Below are positions 29,163-38,595 of a stretch of 64,000 bases of DNA, piece by piece. This DNA is from an uncultured archaeon (GTDB lineage Archaea > Asgardarchaeota > Thorarchaeia > Thorarchaeales > Thorarchaeaceae). The number at the start of each line of letters is the position of its first letter. Position 1 is the stretch's first letter. The position numbers and the translations under genes are program-made. The notes beneath the pieces are model-generated. The model was not told the origin of the DNA and made no database searches. It was given only the letters and a program-made list of their open reading frames with translations. The stretch lies in contig CAZLEV010000013.1 in assembly GCA_964558645.1 (NCBI GenBank), forward strand, positions 32,001-96,000. Reading direction: 5' to 3'.

Positions 29163-30878
29163 CTACCTTCCATAATTGCTCAGGAACTCCTCTATCTCTT
29201 CCGCGGCGAAGGGTAATCCATTGTACTTCAACAACTTATCATCAGACGAGATGGTGAATCCCAGCTCGTCCTGCAGGACCTTAGTGAACTGCCCTGTGGC
29301 ATTGTTTTCGATAGCCACAACACGATCAGCCTGTTCAAGATGCTCTAGAACGTCCTCTGAAAGCGGGTATGTCTGTTTGAAATGAAGCATGGAAAGCCCG
29401 CTATCATCCATCTTCTCAATGACTTCTCGTACCACATGGTAGTTCGAACCCCACGTGATAACCAGTGTCGAGTAGTCCTCTGGCCCAACCAGCTCGGGCA
29501 TGATGAAATCCTCACGGATTGCACGCATCTTCTTCATGACTCTTCTTTGAACCATTTCCACCCGGACATGCAGATCCTCTGTTATATGACCATCTTCATC
29601 ATGTTCGTCACTGTCCACACAGACAAGACCTTCGCCATGCCCCGGTATTCCCCGAGGTGAGATTCCATTCTCAGTGAGCCTGTACCGTTGGTATCCGGTC
29701 TTGGTCTTCACAATATGCTTCTCCACTTTGACGCCACTCAGATCGAAGACGGGGGTATTCGATGACGAATCCACAAAATACTGATCTGTCAATACAAATA
29801 CCGGTACTTGGTACTTGTCAGCCAGATTGAAGGCCTTCTGGGTCAGATAGAAACCATCTCTGAGCGTGCCGGGGGTGAGAACAATCCGCGGGAAGTCCCC
29901 GTGTGCAGTCCGAATCACATGCAGCAAGTCACCCTGCTCGGTTCTGGTGGGCAGGCCTGTTGCAGGCCCGGGCCTCTGCGAAAGATGTATCACCATTGGA
30001 GTTTCTGTTATACCCGCCAGGCTGAGGCCCTCAGACATGAGTGCGAATCCACCACCAGAGGTGGTAACCATCGCTCTTGCTCCAGCATACCAAGCACCAA
30101 GACCTTTGTTCATTGCAGAAATCTCGTCCTCTGCTTGATCCACTATGATGCCAAACTCCTTCGCCTGTTGTGAGAGAAATACCAGCACCCCAGTCGAGGG
30201 GGACATTGGATATGAGGAAATAAAGTGACAACCCCCGGCAATCGCACCCATCGCGACAGCGTCTGTACCGCTAATGAGCATCTCATTGGCAATATCGGCT
30301 TGGGGCTCTATGTCGATGTCAAGTGAGTCTGATGGAATCTTTTTCCCTTCTTCCACACCTCGGGCATATGCCTCTTGGTTCTGATCTACGACATTCTCAC
30401 CTTTGGAGCCGAAACGTTGGGTTAGATACTCATTCACTACTCTATCTTGAACGTCGAAGAGGGCCAAGATTGCGCCAGCTGCAACAGTATTCGAGTAAAT
30501 TTTGCTTCCCACATCCTTCGCAATCTCTGTGAAAGGGATTTTGACAGTCTTTTCCGGATGTGTTTCGGCACGGGTACTTACAATCTCATCTTCGCCGATT
30601 ACAAGTGTGCTATCGTCCAAGCGGGAGTATTTCGCAAGGTGGTCTATCGCAGTATCATTGAGCGGGACCATAATGTCAGTTCGTCTGCAATAGGCCGTCC
30701 GTCTCTGGTCAGAAACACGGATTTGCAGTGAGTTCGTTCCGCCACGGATGCGGGACATGAACTCACGTGTTGCGAATACATGGTAGCCAGTATTCTTCAG
30801 GACCGTGGCCATAAAATCCGCAACAGTTTCTATCCCCTGTCCGGCAGCACCGGCAAGAACAATCGAGACTTCATCCAA
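29163..30878 (-). CDS. 2-oxoacid:ferredoxin oxidoreductase fused gamma-alpha subunit
   Basis: GAAGQG, SRIRGG, YPMSPST, EDEI, TSGGG, RPGPATGLPT; TTG start after GGAGGT. Confidence 0.9.
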   Translation of the reverse strand: MDEVSIVLAGAAGQGIETVADFMATVLKNTGYHVFATREFMSRIRGGTNSLQIRVSDQRRTAYCRRTDIMVPLNDTAIDHLAKYSRLDDSTLVIGEDEIVSTRAETHPEKTVKIPFTEIAKDVGSKIYSNTVAAGAILALFDVQDRVVNEYLTQRFGSKGENVVDQNQEAYARGVEEGKKIPSDSLDIDIEPQADIANEMLISGTDAVAMGAIAGGCHFISSYPMSPSTGVLVFLSQQAKEFGIIVDQAEDEISAMNKGLGAWYAGARAMVTTSGGGFALMSEGLSLAGITETPMVIHLSQRPGPATGLPTRTEQGDLLHVIRTAHGDFPRIVLTPGTLRDGFYLTQKAFNLADKYQVPVFVLTDQYFVDSSSNTPVFDLSGVKVEKHIVKTKTGYQRYRLTENGISPRGIPGHGEGLVCVDSDEHDEDGHITEDLHVRVEMVQRRVMKKMRAIREDFIMPELVGPEDYSTLVITWGSNYHVVREVIEKMDDSGLSMLHFKQTYPLSEDVLEHLEQADRVVAIENNATGQFTKVLQDELGFTISSDDKLLKYNGLPFAAEEIEEFLSNYGR

Positions 30879-30949
30879 CGCTCTGACCTCCTGATGACAA
30901 CCGTTCACCTGTGTATTAAGGCTTCACTTGTACCAGACCACAGTCCTTC

Positions 30950-31465
30950 TCAGTCGGACTGCTCACGATAGACCCGAGCCAGCTCGATGTACGATTTGGC
31001 ACCCATCATGAAGGCATCCTTGAGATCCTTTGGAACTTCTCGAATCACCTTTCCGGGGATACCGAGAACAAGGGAGTTGGGCGGTATCTCGGAATTCTCT
31101 GTGACCACGGCGCCCGCTCCGATCACGGAATCATCACCTATCTTCGCGCCTGTAAGAACAACAGAGCTTATGCCAATGACACAGCGGTCGCCTATATCAC
31201 AGCCGTGGATGACGCAGTTGTGACCAGCAGTGACATAGTCACCAATATGAGTGGGGTGGGTGAACTCGGTGTGAACCGTGGCATTGTCTTGAATTGATGT
31301 GCCCTTCCCTATACAGATCTTGTTCATATCGGCCCTCAAGACAGCAAACTCCCATATGCTGCTCTCAGGACCAATCTCTACATCGCCTATAATTGAGGCA
31401 CGTTCTGATACGTACGCCTCTGAATCGATTTTCGGAAACTTGGTTTCGAATCTGTGAAGTGTCAT
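30950..31465 (-). CDS. Gamma-carbonic anhydrase family protein
   Basis: Hexapeptide repeats, LRAD, IQDNATVH, GHNCVIHGC. Confidence 0.9.
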   Translation of the reverse strand: MTLHRFETKFPKIDSEAYVSERASIIGDVEIGPESSIWEFAVLRADMNKICIGKGTSIQDNATVHTEFTHPTHIGDYVTAGHNCVIHGCDIGDRCVIGISSVVLTGAKIGDDSVIGAGAVVTENSEIPPNSLVLGIPGKVIREVPKDLKDAFMMGAKSYIELARVYREQSD

Positions 31466-31606
31466 TGAATGCACCTCCGCGCGAATCGTCCTTCTTGCTT
31501 AATAGTTTTGAGAAGGAATGTGTAGTCACTACAAAGAAATCCTCAAGATATATCACGAACATGGTTGATTGACTGATTATCTCACTGGTTTGTAGGTAGA
31601 TGGTCT

Positions 31607-33346
31607 ATGTCCGAGTCGAAAGCCAAACTTATGCTTTTCATCTTAGTAGTAGTTATGCTCTCATCACTTTACTTGAGTTGGTCAACAGAGCGAGGAATTG
31701 GTGAGCTGACTGTTGAGGACTATGCCATTGAGAGGGGCAATGGAAGAGCGGTATATTTCTCGGTCTACCAGCCACGTCAGTCACAATATGGCAGTGCCTA
31801 TCCCTGCGTGGTCACCATTCACGGGATATCTGGGTCGAGAGACGTGATGTCACCATATAACATCGAGCTGGCAAGGCGTAACTTCACTGTGGTATCGGTA
31901 GACTTGGCTGGTCACGGCGTTTCTAGCGAGAGGTTTGGATTTGATACGTTTGACGAAGTCATTGATGATGTCTATGCTGCAGTTGAATATGTACAGACAA
32001 CGTTTCCTGATGTGAATTCAACTCACTATGGGGTGCTAGGCCACTCATTAGGAGCTGGTATTGCTCTATATCTACAAAGAGCACCAACCAGACCGACGAG
32101 CACGGTAATCATAGGTGGCGGAATGGGGCAGGGCTTTGACTCGACTGGACCGGTGGTCAATACGACAAGTCCTGAGAATCTCCTGATAGCCTCGGGAATT
32201 TATGATGAGTTAGTGCCTGTGGAGCTGGCCTTTCAGACTCTGAGAAACGCCACGGGCTTTGAAGAAGTCGAGAGCAATGTCACATATGGCAGTTTTATGG
32301 ACGGTTCAGCAAGGAAGTTGGTTCTCAGTGCAACGAACCATCTCTTCGAGGTGAGCGATTCTGTCTTGGTTGGAGCTTCCGTTGATTGGTTGGTCCGATC
32401 GCTACAGGGCAACTACAGAGTCAACACAACACTGGAACCAATCCAACATGTCTACGGTTATCGAGAACTGGGAAATGCTCTTGTGTCTGCATCACTTCTG
32501 CTCACAGTATTTCCGCTCTTCTTGCTGACAAACTCCATTCTATCTTCAAAGATGGGATTTGTTCCGCGTCAAAGCAACTATCGGGTGGCTCAGAAAGAGC
32601 ATAGACTCACATATAGTGTTGTGCTGGGATTATTGGGGGGAGGAGTGCTCTTGTTATCTCTTCTTGTAGGACTCGGAGTTGAGTTTGCAGGTGTAAGACT
32701 CGTCCCAGTTTCATTTGGAACGTCAATTGTAATCTATGCCCTCCTCATGTTTTTCATTGTGTGGCTGGTGAGTCGATTTCTACTGGGCAAGGATATATCC
32801 CTGCAAGACGCACTGGTGCCTACAACTAAGGAAATACTTGTGGGAACTCTGAGTGCGGCTGTATTGGCGTTTTGGTGCTTATTCTGGTCTTGGTTCGGCT
32901 CAGCTATCTTTGGTCTTGAATCGATGATAGGTGTCAACGTGGGCAGAATCATCGGTCAAGTCAGGCTACTGTACACGGTTCTCCTGACACTACCGCTGTT
33001 ATGCCTTTTCTGCGCTGAGGACCTCTGGTTAAACAGCATCGGAGATATCCGGTCCAGACCAGCTTCAATAAGGCAATTCATCTGGTCATCCTTGAGCCTG
33101 CTTGCTCTGCGAATGGTGGGACTCTTGGTTGTCCTCGGACTCATCTATGGCCCGTTTCTTGCAGGGATACAACTCGGATTCATCATGTTCATAGCACTGA
33201 TCATGCTACCGTTTGCACTCCTTATCGGCGTGAACACGCTCTATACAATTTGGATGGGGAGAACATCTGGGAGCCGAGTGCATGCAATTGTGTTCAATGC
33301 ATTTCTCATTGCACTGATTGTTGCTGGGACCTTCCAACTGGTATGA
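31607..33346 (+). CDS. Alpha/beta hydrolase fused to a multi-pass membrane domain
   Basis: HG, DLAGHG, GHSLG nucleophile elbow; C-terminal TM helices. Confidence 0.82.
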   Translation: MSESKAKLMLFILVVVMLSSLYLSWSTERGIGELTVEDYAIERGNGRAVYFSVYQPRQSQYGSAYPCVVTIHGISGSRDVMSPYNIELARRNFTVVSVDLAGHGVSSERFGFDTFDEVIDDVYAAVEYVQTTFPDVNSTHYGVLGHSLGAGIALYLQRAPTRPTSTVIIGGGMGQGFDSTGPVVNTTSPENLLIASGIYDELVPVELAFQTLRNATGFEEVESNVTYGSFMDGSARKLVLSATNHLFEVSDSVLVGASVDWLVRSLQGNYRVNTTLEPIQHVYGYRELGNALVSASLLLTVFPLFLLTNSILSSKMGFVPRQSNYRVAQKEHRLTYSVVLGLLGGGVLLLSLLVGLGVEFAGVRLVPVSFGTSIVIYALLMFFIVWLVSRFLLGKDISLQDALVPTTKEILVGTLSAAVLAFWCLFWSWFGSAIFGLESMIGVNVGRIIGQVRLLYTVLLTLPLLCLFCAEDLWLNSIGDIRSRPASIRQFIWSSLSLLALRMVGLLVVLGLIYGPFLAGIQLGFIMFIALIMLPFALLIGVNTLYTIWMGRTSGSRVHAIVFNAFLIALIVAGTFQLV

Positions 33347-33368
33347 AATTGTCCATATCCGATTTCCA

Positions 33369-33555
33369 GGGTATATCAACAGCTACCGAAAACGTAGACA
33401 GAGTTGTACATTTCCGCGTAAGAGTCAGTGTCCTCCAGCCATTGACTGAGAACTGGTCACTCACGCGGCATCGCTGACCACGACGAAGACCACCCAATGC
33501 CGTTACCTAGGGGGACAAATCTCTGGTGTCCAAGCTTGTCCAATATACAATGAGC
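33369..33555 (-). ncRNA. Putative structured ncRNA / non-autonomous element, copy A (187 nt)
   Basis: Ungapped 146/187 identity (hand count) to 38217-38403, with compensatory changes in several stems; lies between convergent genes. Confidence 0.6.
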
Positions 33556-33662
33556 AATTGATCCTGGCACTTTTTCGAGGGCATCTTGATAGGAAGCAAG
33601 GCCTCACAGAGTTGATTACAGCGCTACTTCCCGAAGAATGGAACCCCAGTGGCCAGATTTGT

Positions 33663-34613
33663 CTAGTCTGCAGTGAACGCTCTCTGAGGGGGGACGAACC
33701 ATTCCTCAAGAGAGATCTGTGAACGAGTATCGAGGATGTCTTGGTTCTCATAGAGGTCTCGCAAGAAGAGATTGTATTGTGGGATATCTGACGAACGGAC
33801 GGTTGCAAACAGGCTGTATGGCTCGCTTGTTCTATGGAGGTCCCATACGGCATCCATGTCTTTCATGAAGTGAGCAGCCTCCCGAATCTTTCCTGGCCGA
33901 ACCTTGACTTCCAGAAAGAACTTGATTGGTAGTCCCAGATAAGCAAAATGTAGATCGAGGGAGTAACCGACAAGGACTCCCTGTTCCTGAAGGCGCCCAA
34001 TAGCCTTCGACACTGCTGGCTGAGTTATCGGCTTCTGCATTCTCGCTCCTATCTCTTTCTGAGAGAGAGGTAACAGACAATCTTCAGACGGCCATTGGCG
34101 GCGAATCACCTGAATCAGCTCATGCTCCGAAGACATGAGGGTTCGTGTCGTGTTTCGCTCCTCTATCACAAATCCGCTTGATTTGTATGTCGTGAGAACC
34201 TGCACTAGCTGATACATCTTGCTATCAGAGGCCGCTATGATACGATCGATCTTGTTCAGGAAATGCTCAAAGGACTGCCCCTTTCTGAACCTGAACAAGG
34301 CAAGAAGAGAGTAGTCGCCGGACACACCGTCAAGTGATTCAAGACCAGGAATCTCAAGTAATGCTCTGCTGACATTCAACTCTCGAGGATTAGACTTGAT
34401 GAGTACCATAGTATTGCGCTCTGCATAGACAAGAGCAGGGTTGAGAATCGTAGTATACGCACGGATGATACCTCTTCGAACAAGCCGCTTCATTCTTCGT
34501 GCTATCCAATTACGGCCCTTCCCAGTAGTCAAAGCGATGTCTTTGATATCAGCCCGAGAGTCACGAACCAAGGCCCACAATAACTCCTGTTCGGCGTCTG
34601 TTATGGATTGCAT
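33663..34613 (-). CDS. Tandem (double) Lrp/AsnC-family transcriptional regulator
   Basis: Two HTH plus RAM-like modules; divergent from ahcY. Confidence 0.85.
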   Translation of the reverse strand: MQSITDAEQELLWALVRDSRADIKDIALTTGKGRNWIARRMKRLVRRGIIRAYTTILNPALVYAERNTMVLIKSNPRELNVSRALLEIPGLESLDGVSGDYSLLALFRFRKGQSFEHFLNKIDRIIAASDSKMYQLVQVLTTYKSSGFVIEERNTTRTLMSSEHELIQVIRRQWPSEDCLLPLSQKEIGARMQKPITQPAVSKAIGRLQEQGVLVGYSLDLHFAYLGLPIKFFLEVKVRPGKIREAAHFMKDMDAVWDLHRTSEPYSLFATVRSSDIPQYNLFLRDLYENQDILDTRSQISLEEWFVPPQRAFTAD

Positions 34614-34703
34614 CGTATCATGCCACAGAGATGTATTATCATTACTAGAACATATGGAGGATTCAAATAAGTCCTACTGAAAGAAACAGGTGGGTAGAAT
34701 CAC

Positions 34704-35960
34704 TTGACAGATTATAAGGTGAAAGACATAGAACTTGCCGAAGAAGGCAGGGGTCTAATAGAATACGCAGAGAAACACATGCCTGTATTGATGCATCTGA
34801 GGGAGAGATATTCCAAGGAAAAACCACTGAAGGGAATGAAGATCTCCGGTTGTCTCCACGTGACCAAGGAAACGGCAGTGCTCGTCGAAACTCTTAGAGA
34901 AGCAGGAGCAGAAGTTGCTTGGTCAGGCTGCAACCCACTATCAACAAATGATAAGGTCGCGGCAGCGCTCGCAGCAAATGACGTCCCGATCTTCGCATGG
35001 CACGGACTGAACAATGAGGAGTACTACTGGTGTATAGAACAGACACTCAAGCAGGAACCAAACCTGACCATCGACGATGGTGCAGACCTGATATTCACAT
35101 TGCATAACAAACACCAGGAACTGATTCCAAACCTCTATGGAGGATCTGAAGAGACTACAACAGGTGTCATCAGAATACGGGCAATGGCTGAAGATGGCGC
35201 GCTGAAGTATCCAATCATGGCGGTGAATGACGCTGATACAAAGCACCTGTTTGATAATGTATACGGAACTGGACAGAGTGTCTTCGACGGTGTGATGAGG
35301 GCCTCGGCAATTCTAATTGCTGGAAAGACGGTAGTCATCGCGGGCTATGGTTTCTGTGGCAGAGGAATGGCAGAGCGGGCAAGAGGCCTCGGTGCAAACG
35401 TGATCGTGACAGAGGTCGACCCTGTTCGAGGGCTCCAGGCGCGAATGGACGGTTTCCAGGTCATGAAGATGGACGAGGCTGCTCCTAAGGGAGACCTGTT
35501 CCTGACGGCTACCGGTATGAGAGATGTGATTGTGGGACGTCACATGAAGATGATGAAAGATGGTGCCATCATGGGCAATGCGGGCCACTATAATGTGGAG
35601 ATCAATGAACCTGATCTGGACAGGATTGCTACGGATAAGAAACGAGTTCGTCCTGCCCTGGATCAGTACACAATCAAAGATGGGCGCAGGCTCTATCTGT
35701 TGGGTGAGGGCAGACTGGTTAATCTGGTGGCAGCTGAAGGACATCCCAGTGAGGTGATGGACCTGTCCTTCGCTGGTCAATTGAACGCGATGCTCTGGCT
35801 TACGAAACATGGTAAGAACCTAGAACCAGCAGTCTATGAGTTCCCCGATGAGCTCGACAAGAAGACAGCACGCGACAAGCTCGAAACCATGGGCATCGAA
35901 ATCGATGAATGGACACCCGAACAGGAGGCCTACGCTAAGGCCTACGCCGAAGGAACCTAG
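34704..35960 (+). CDS. ahcY: S-adenosylhomocysteine hydrolase
   Basis: GCLHVTKET, CNPLST, DDGADL, EETTTG, KHLFDN.YGTG, GRLVNL..AEGHP. Confidence 0.97.
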   Translation: MTDYKVKDIELAEEGRGLIEYAEKHMPVLMHLRERYSKEKPLKGMKISGCLHVTKETAVLVETLREAGAEVAWSGCNPLSTNDKVAAALAANDVPIFAWHGLNNEEYYWCIEQTLKQEPNLTIDDGADLIFTLHNKHQELIPNLYGGSEETTTGVIRIRAMAEDGALKYPIMAVNDADTKHLFDNVYGTGQSVFDGVMRASAILIAGKTVVIAGYGFCGRGMAERARGLGANVIVTEVDPVRGLQARMDGFQVMKMDEAAPKGDLFLTATGMRDVIVGRHMKMMKDGAIMGNAGHYNVEINEPDLDRIATDKKRVRPALDQYTIKDGRRLYLLGEGRLVNLVAAEGHPSEVMDLSFAGQLNAMLWLTKHGKNLEPAVYEFPDELDKKTARDKLETMGIEIDEWTPEQEAYAKAYAEGT

Positions 35961-35970
35961 GTTGTGACCG

Positions 35971-35998
35971 ATGGAGTGGGCCTAGGATTCCACTCCAT
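35971..35998 (+). terminator. Hairpin after ahcY
   Basis: ATGGAGTGG...CCACTCCAT 9-bp stem 10 nt after the stop. Confidence 0.55.
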
Positions 35999-36151
35999 TC
36001 TATAGAGGACAACACCAGGCAACTCTTCCACAGCATGCAGCCATCCAGTCAAGATTGGGGTCAGCACCGTTAAGCTGGCTGATATATCGACAGCAGAACC
36101 AAACTAGTTGCATACGCTAGGCCTTAAGTAGCAAGAGGGTGAACAAAGAAA

Positions 36152-37720
36152 ATGGCGAGTGAAATGTCTCGAAGATTCTCTTTCCTGGTTGTCTTCTCAT
36201 TACTTGTGTTACCTCTAGCTGGAGTGCCCCTCACCCAATGGAGTACTGTTCCCCCTGATGTTCAATTCGAATCGCAGACTATGGCGGCAGACCCCGTGTT
36301 TCCCAGGGGGCCAACGGTTCACATGGTAAACAAGACCGCAGCTATGATCTACTGGAAGACGAACACTGAAACAGATGCCACCGTGAAGTATGGAAGTACT
36401 TCCGATAGCTTGGATTTAACGGTAGAGAACTCAACGCTTAGTACAGAACACCGAATCTGGATTGGTGGTCTGACTGCCGGTACTACCGTATACTACCAGG
36501 CTGTTTCAGATGGTACAAGCAGTGAGGTGTATTATTTCAAGACCGAACCTGAGGATGGCGAGCCGTTCAAGCTCATAGCGCTGGGTGATCCCCAGCCCAT
36601 CCCAGGAATCGAACCAGAGCAGTCCGAGGTCTTCAAAGATATTATTACAATGGTACGCAATGAGGAGCCCCATCTTGTCATAATCCTGGGCGACTATGTC
36701 CACGATCTGTCAGACACAGACGAGGAATACAACGCCATTTGCTGGGGAAACTACCTCAATGTCACCGACAAGATAGGCCATTATGCTCCAATCTACGGAG
36801 TGATTGGGAATCATGATACGATGTCAGGCGAACGGTACGCAGATGGTTTCCTAGACGCCTTCCAGCAATACGGTGGAGATTCCACCTATTTCTCATTCGA
36901 TTATGCAGGTGTTCACTTCACGCTTCTTGACAGTGAAATGCCCGAGTTCCAAGGTAGAATAGGAGGGGCACAGTACGACTGGCTAGTGAATGACCTCGAG
37001 AGCACTGATAAGGACATCAAGTTTGTAATGGTTCATCAACCGATGTTTCCAGTCAGCGCGATACGTAGCTCTCTGGACAGGAATCAGACAGAGTGGAACC
37101 GACTCCAGAACTTGTTTGAAGAACAGAACGTCACCGTCTTTCTGGCAGGACATGATCATGTCTTCCAGAGGGTGACGGTGAACGGAGTTGTATACGTTAC
37201 TTCAGCAGGGGCAGGGCCGAAACTCTATCATACTCCTTGGGGCGGTGACTTCAACCATTACACACGCTGGAATCTCTCGTCTGTATCTGTTGAGTTAGAG
37301 GTCATCAATGTAGATGAAGAAGTGGCAGCGGACTATGCGCTTCCATATCAAGGCCATATCGAGATTGCTCTGCGAAGGCACTTCAATACATCCAATGGGC
37401 GGCCCGATGAGTCCCCCTTGATTCTGTTTAGTGAAATCCCGCAAGAGAAATACTTCTCGTGGGACGGTGGGGAAAACAGCACAGTGCTCGGGACTTTCCC
37501 CGACAGCAACGGGCTTCATACTCTTGATGTCTACGCCCAGGGTTCAGACGGTGTATGGAATCACAAGTATTACGAGTTTACTACTGTTGGCGGCGAAGAA
37601 ACAGAAACAACGCCTCTCCCACCATCGGATATTGATCCTCTCATCGTTACGGGTGTGATTGGAGTCGCGTCGGTGATAGTTGTCATCGTTCTATATAGAC
37701 GGAAACTTAGCAGTGCATGA
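36152..37720 (+). CDS. Secreted purple-acid-phosphatase-like metallophosphoesterase with FN3 domain and C-terminal TM anchor
   Basis: Signal peptide; GD, GDY, GNHD, H, GHDH motifs; TM plus RRK tail. Confidence 0.87.
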   Translation: MASEMSRRFSFLVVFSLLVLPLAGVPLTQWSTVPPDVQFESQTMAADPVFPRGPTVHMVNKTAAMIYWKTNTETDATVKYGSTSDSLDLTVENSTLSTEHRIWIGGLTAGTTVYYQAVSDGTSSEVYYFKTEPEDGEPFKLIALGDPQPIPGIEPEQSEVFKDIITMVRNEEPHLVIILGDYVHDLSDTDEEYNAICWGNYLNVTDKIGHYAPIYGVIGNHDTMSGERYADGFLDAFQQYGGDSTYFSFDYAGVHFTLLDSEMPEFQGRIGGAQYDWLVNDLESTDKDIKFVMVHQPMFPVSAIRSSLDRNQTEWNRLQNLFEEQNVTVFLAGHDHVFQRVTVNGVVYVTSAGAGPKLYHTPWGGDFNHYTRWNLSSVSVELEVINVDEEVAADYALPYQGHIEIALRRHFNTSNGRPDESPLILFSEIPQEKYFSWDGGENSTVLGTFPDSNGLHTLDVYAQGSDGVWNHKYYEFTTVGGEETETTPLPPSDIDPLIVTGVIGVASVIVVIVLYRRKLSSA

Positions 37721-37762
37721 GAAAGAGGGGACATCTCCTCTGCTCTTATGCCGCGTAGAAAT

Positions 37763-38161
37763 TCATTCAGCAGTTCTTGGGCCATATAATTCGTGGATAT
37801 TGCCCTCTGGATCTGCAAACATTGCAGTACGTCGCATCCACGGTGTATCGTGTGGCTCCCGAATGGGAGTGGCTCCAGCTTGGATTATCTCATGATAGCC
37901 CTCATCAACAGCCTCAGAACTGGGCAGAGGAAATGCATGCTCAAAAGATTGACCCCCTCGTTCCCTCCTATACGACTCATGATTACTGAGCCCGTGCAAG
38001 GTGGAACGAGCACAGATGGCAAATCTGACGCCCTCACTCTCGAATTCCACATAATCCTCGGTGATGTAGTTCTTCTCGAAACCGAGGACCGACGAGTAGA
38101 AACTCGCCACTTCTTCCACATCATTGGCCAGTACTGTCACAAGTCCAATTCGGGTCTTCAT
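37763..38161 (-). CDS. VOC/glyoxalase family protein
   Basis: FYSSVLGF, P.DTPW..R.A.FADPEGN..E. Confidence 0.88.
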   Translation of the reverse strand: MKTRIGLVTVLANDVEEVASFYSSVLGFEKNYITEDYVEFESEGVRFAICARSTLHGLSNHESYRRERGGQSFEHAFPLPSSEAVDEGYHEIIQAGATPIREPHDTPWMRRTAMFADPEGNIHELYGPRTAE

Positions 38162-38216
38162 GCTGAGTAATCACCAGATAGCTCTTGAACACGAATAGAG
38201 AACTGTTTTTCGATAT

Positions 38217-38403
38217 GGGTATACTAACAGCTACCGAAAACGTGGACAAATCTGGACAGTTCAGCGCAGGAGTCTATACCCTCCAGTCCATGACTGAGAG
38301 CTAGTCACTCACACACTATCGCTGACCACGACAGAAACCACCCAGTGCTGTTACCCGGAGGTACAACTCTCTGGTGTCCAAGTCTGCCCAGCATACAGTG
38401 AAC
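38217..38403 (-). ncRNA. Putative structured ncRNA / non-autonomous element, copy B (187 nt)
   Basis: Homologous to 33369-33555; nested stems plus pseudoknot-compatible pairing; CTTAAG TATA-like box just upstream on the minus strand. Confidence 0.6.
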
Positions 38404-38595
38404 GGTCCAATCTTAAGCATACTATACCTGGGAATGGAGAAGACAAGAGGTGGGAGCCAGCAAGGCATCAATACATTGGGTGTGGTATACTTACCGTGAT
38501 TCCCTGCAAGCAACCCACCGCCCTATTGTATGATAGAACTTCTACTAAAGCGTTTTCACAGGAGAGTTGAACGAAAAACGCCATATGGAGACTGG

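Noticed and set aside
33369-38403. Copies A and B as a conserved small protein gene
   Set aside because: In the frames examined, differences are mostly non-synonymous, are not third-position biased, and stops fall at different places.
38217-38403. Identification as RNase P RNA, SRP RNA, tRNA or a SAM/SAH riboswitch
   Set aside because: It lacks the RNase P GAGGAAAGUCC and CR-V motifs, the SRP helix-8 motif and a cloverleaf. Copy A lies between convergent genes, so it cannot be a 5' leader.
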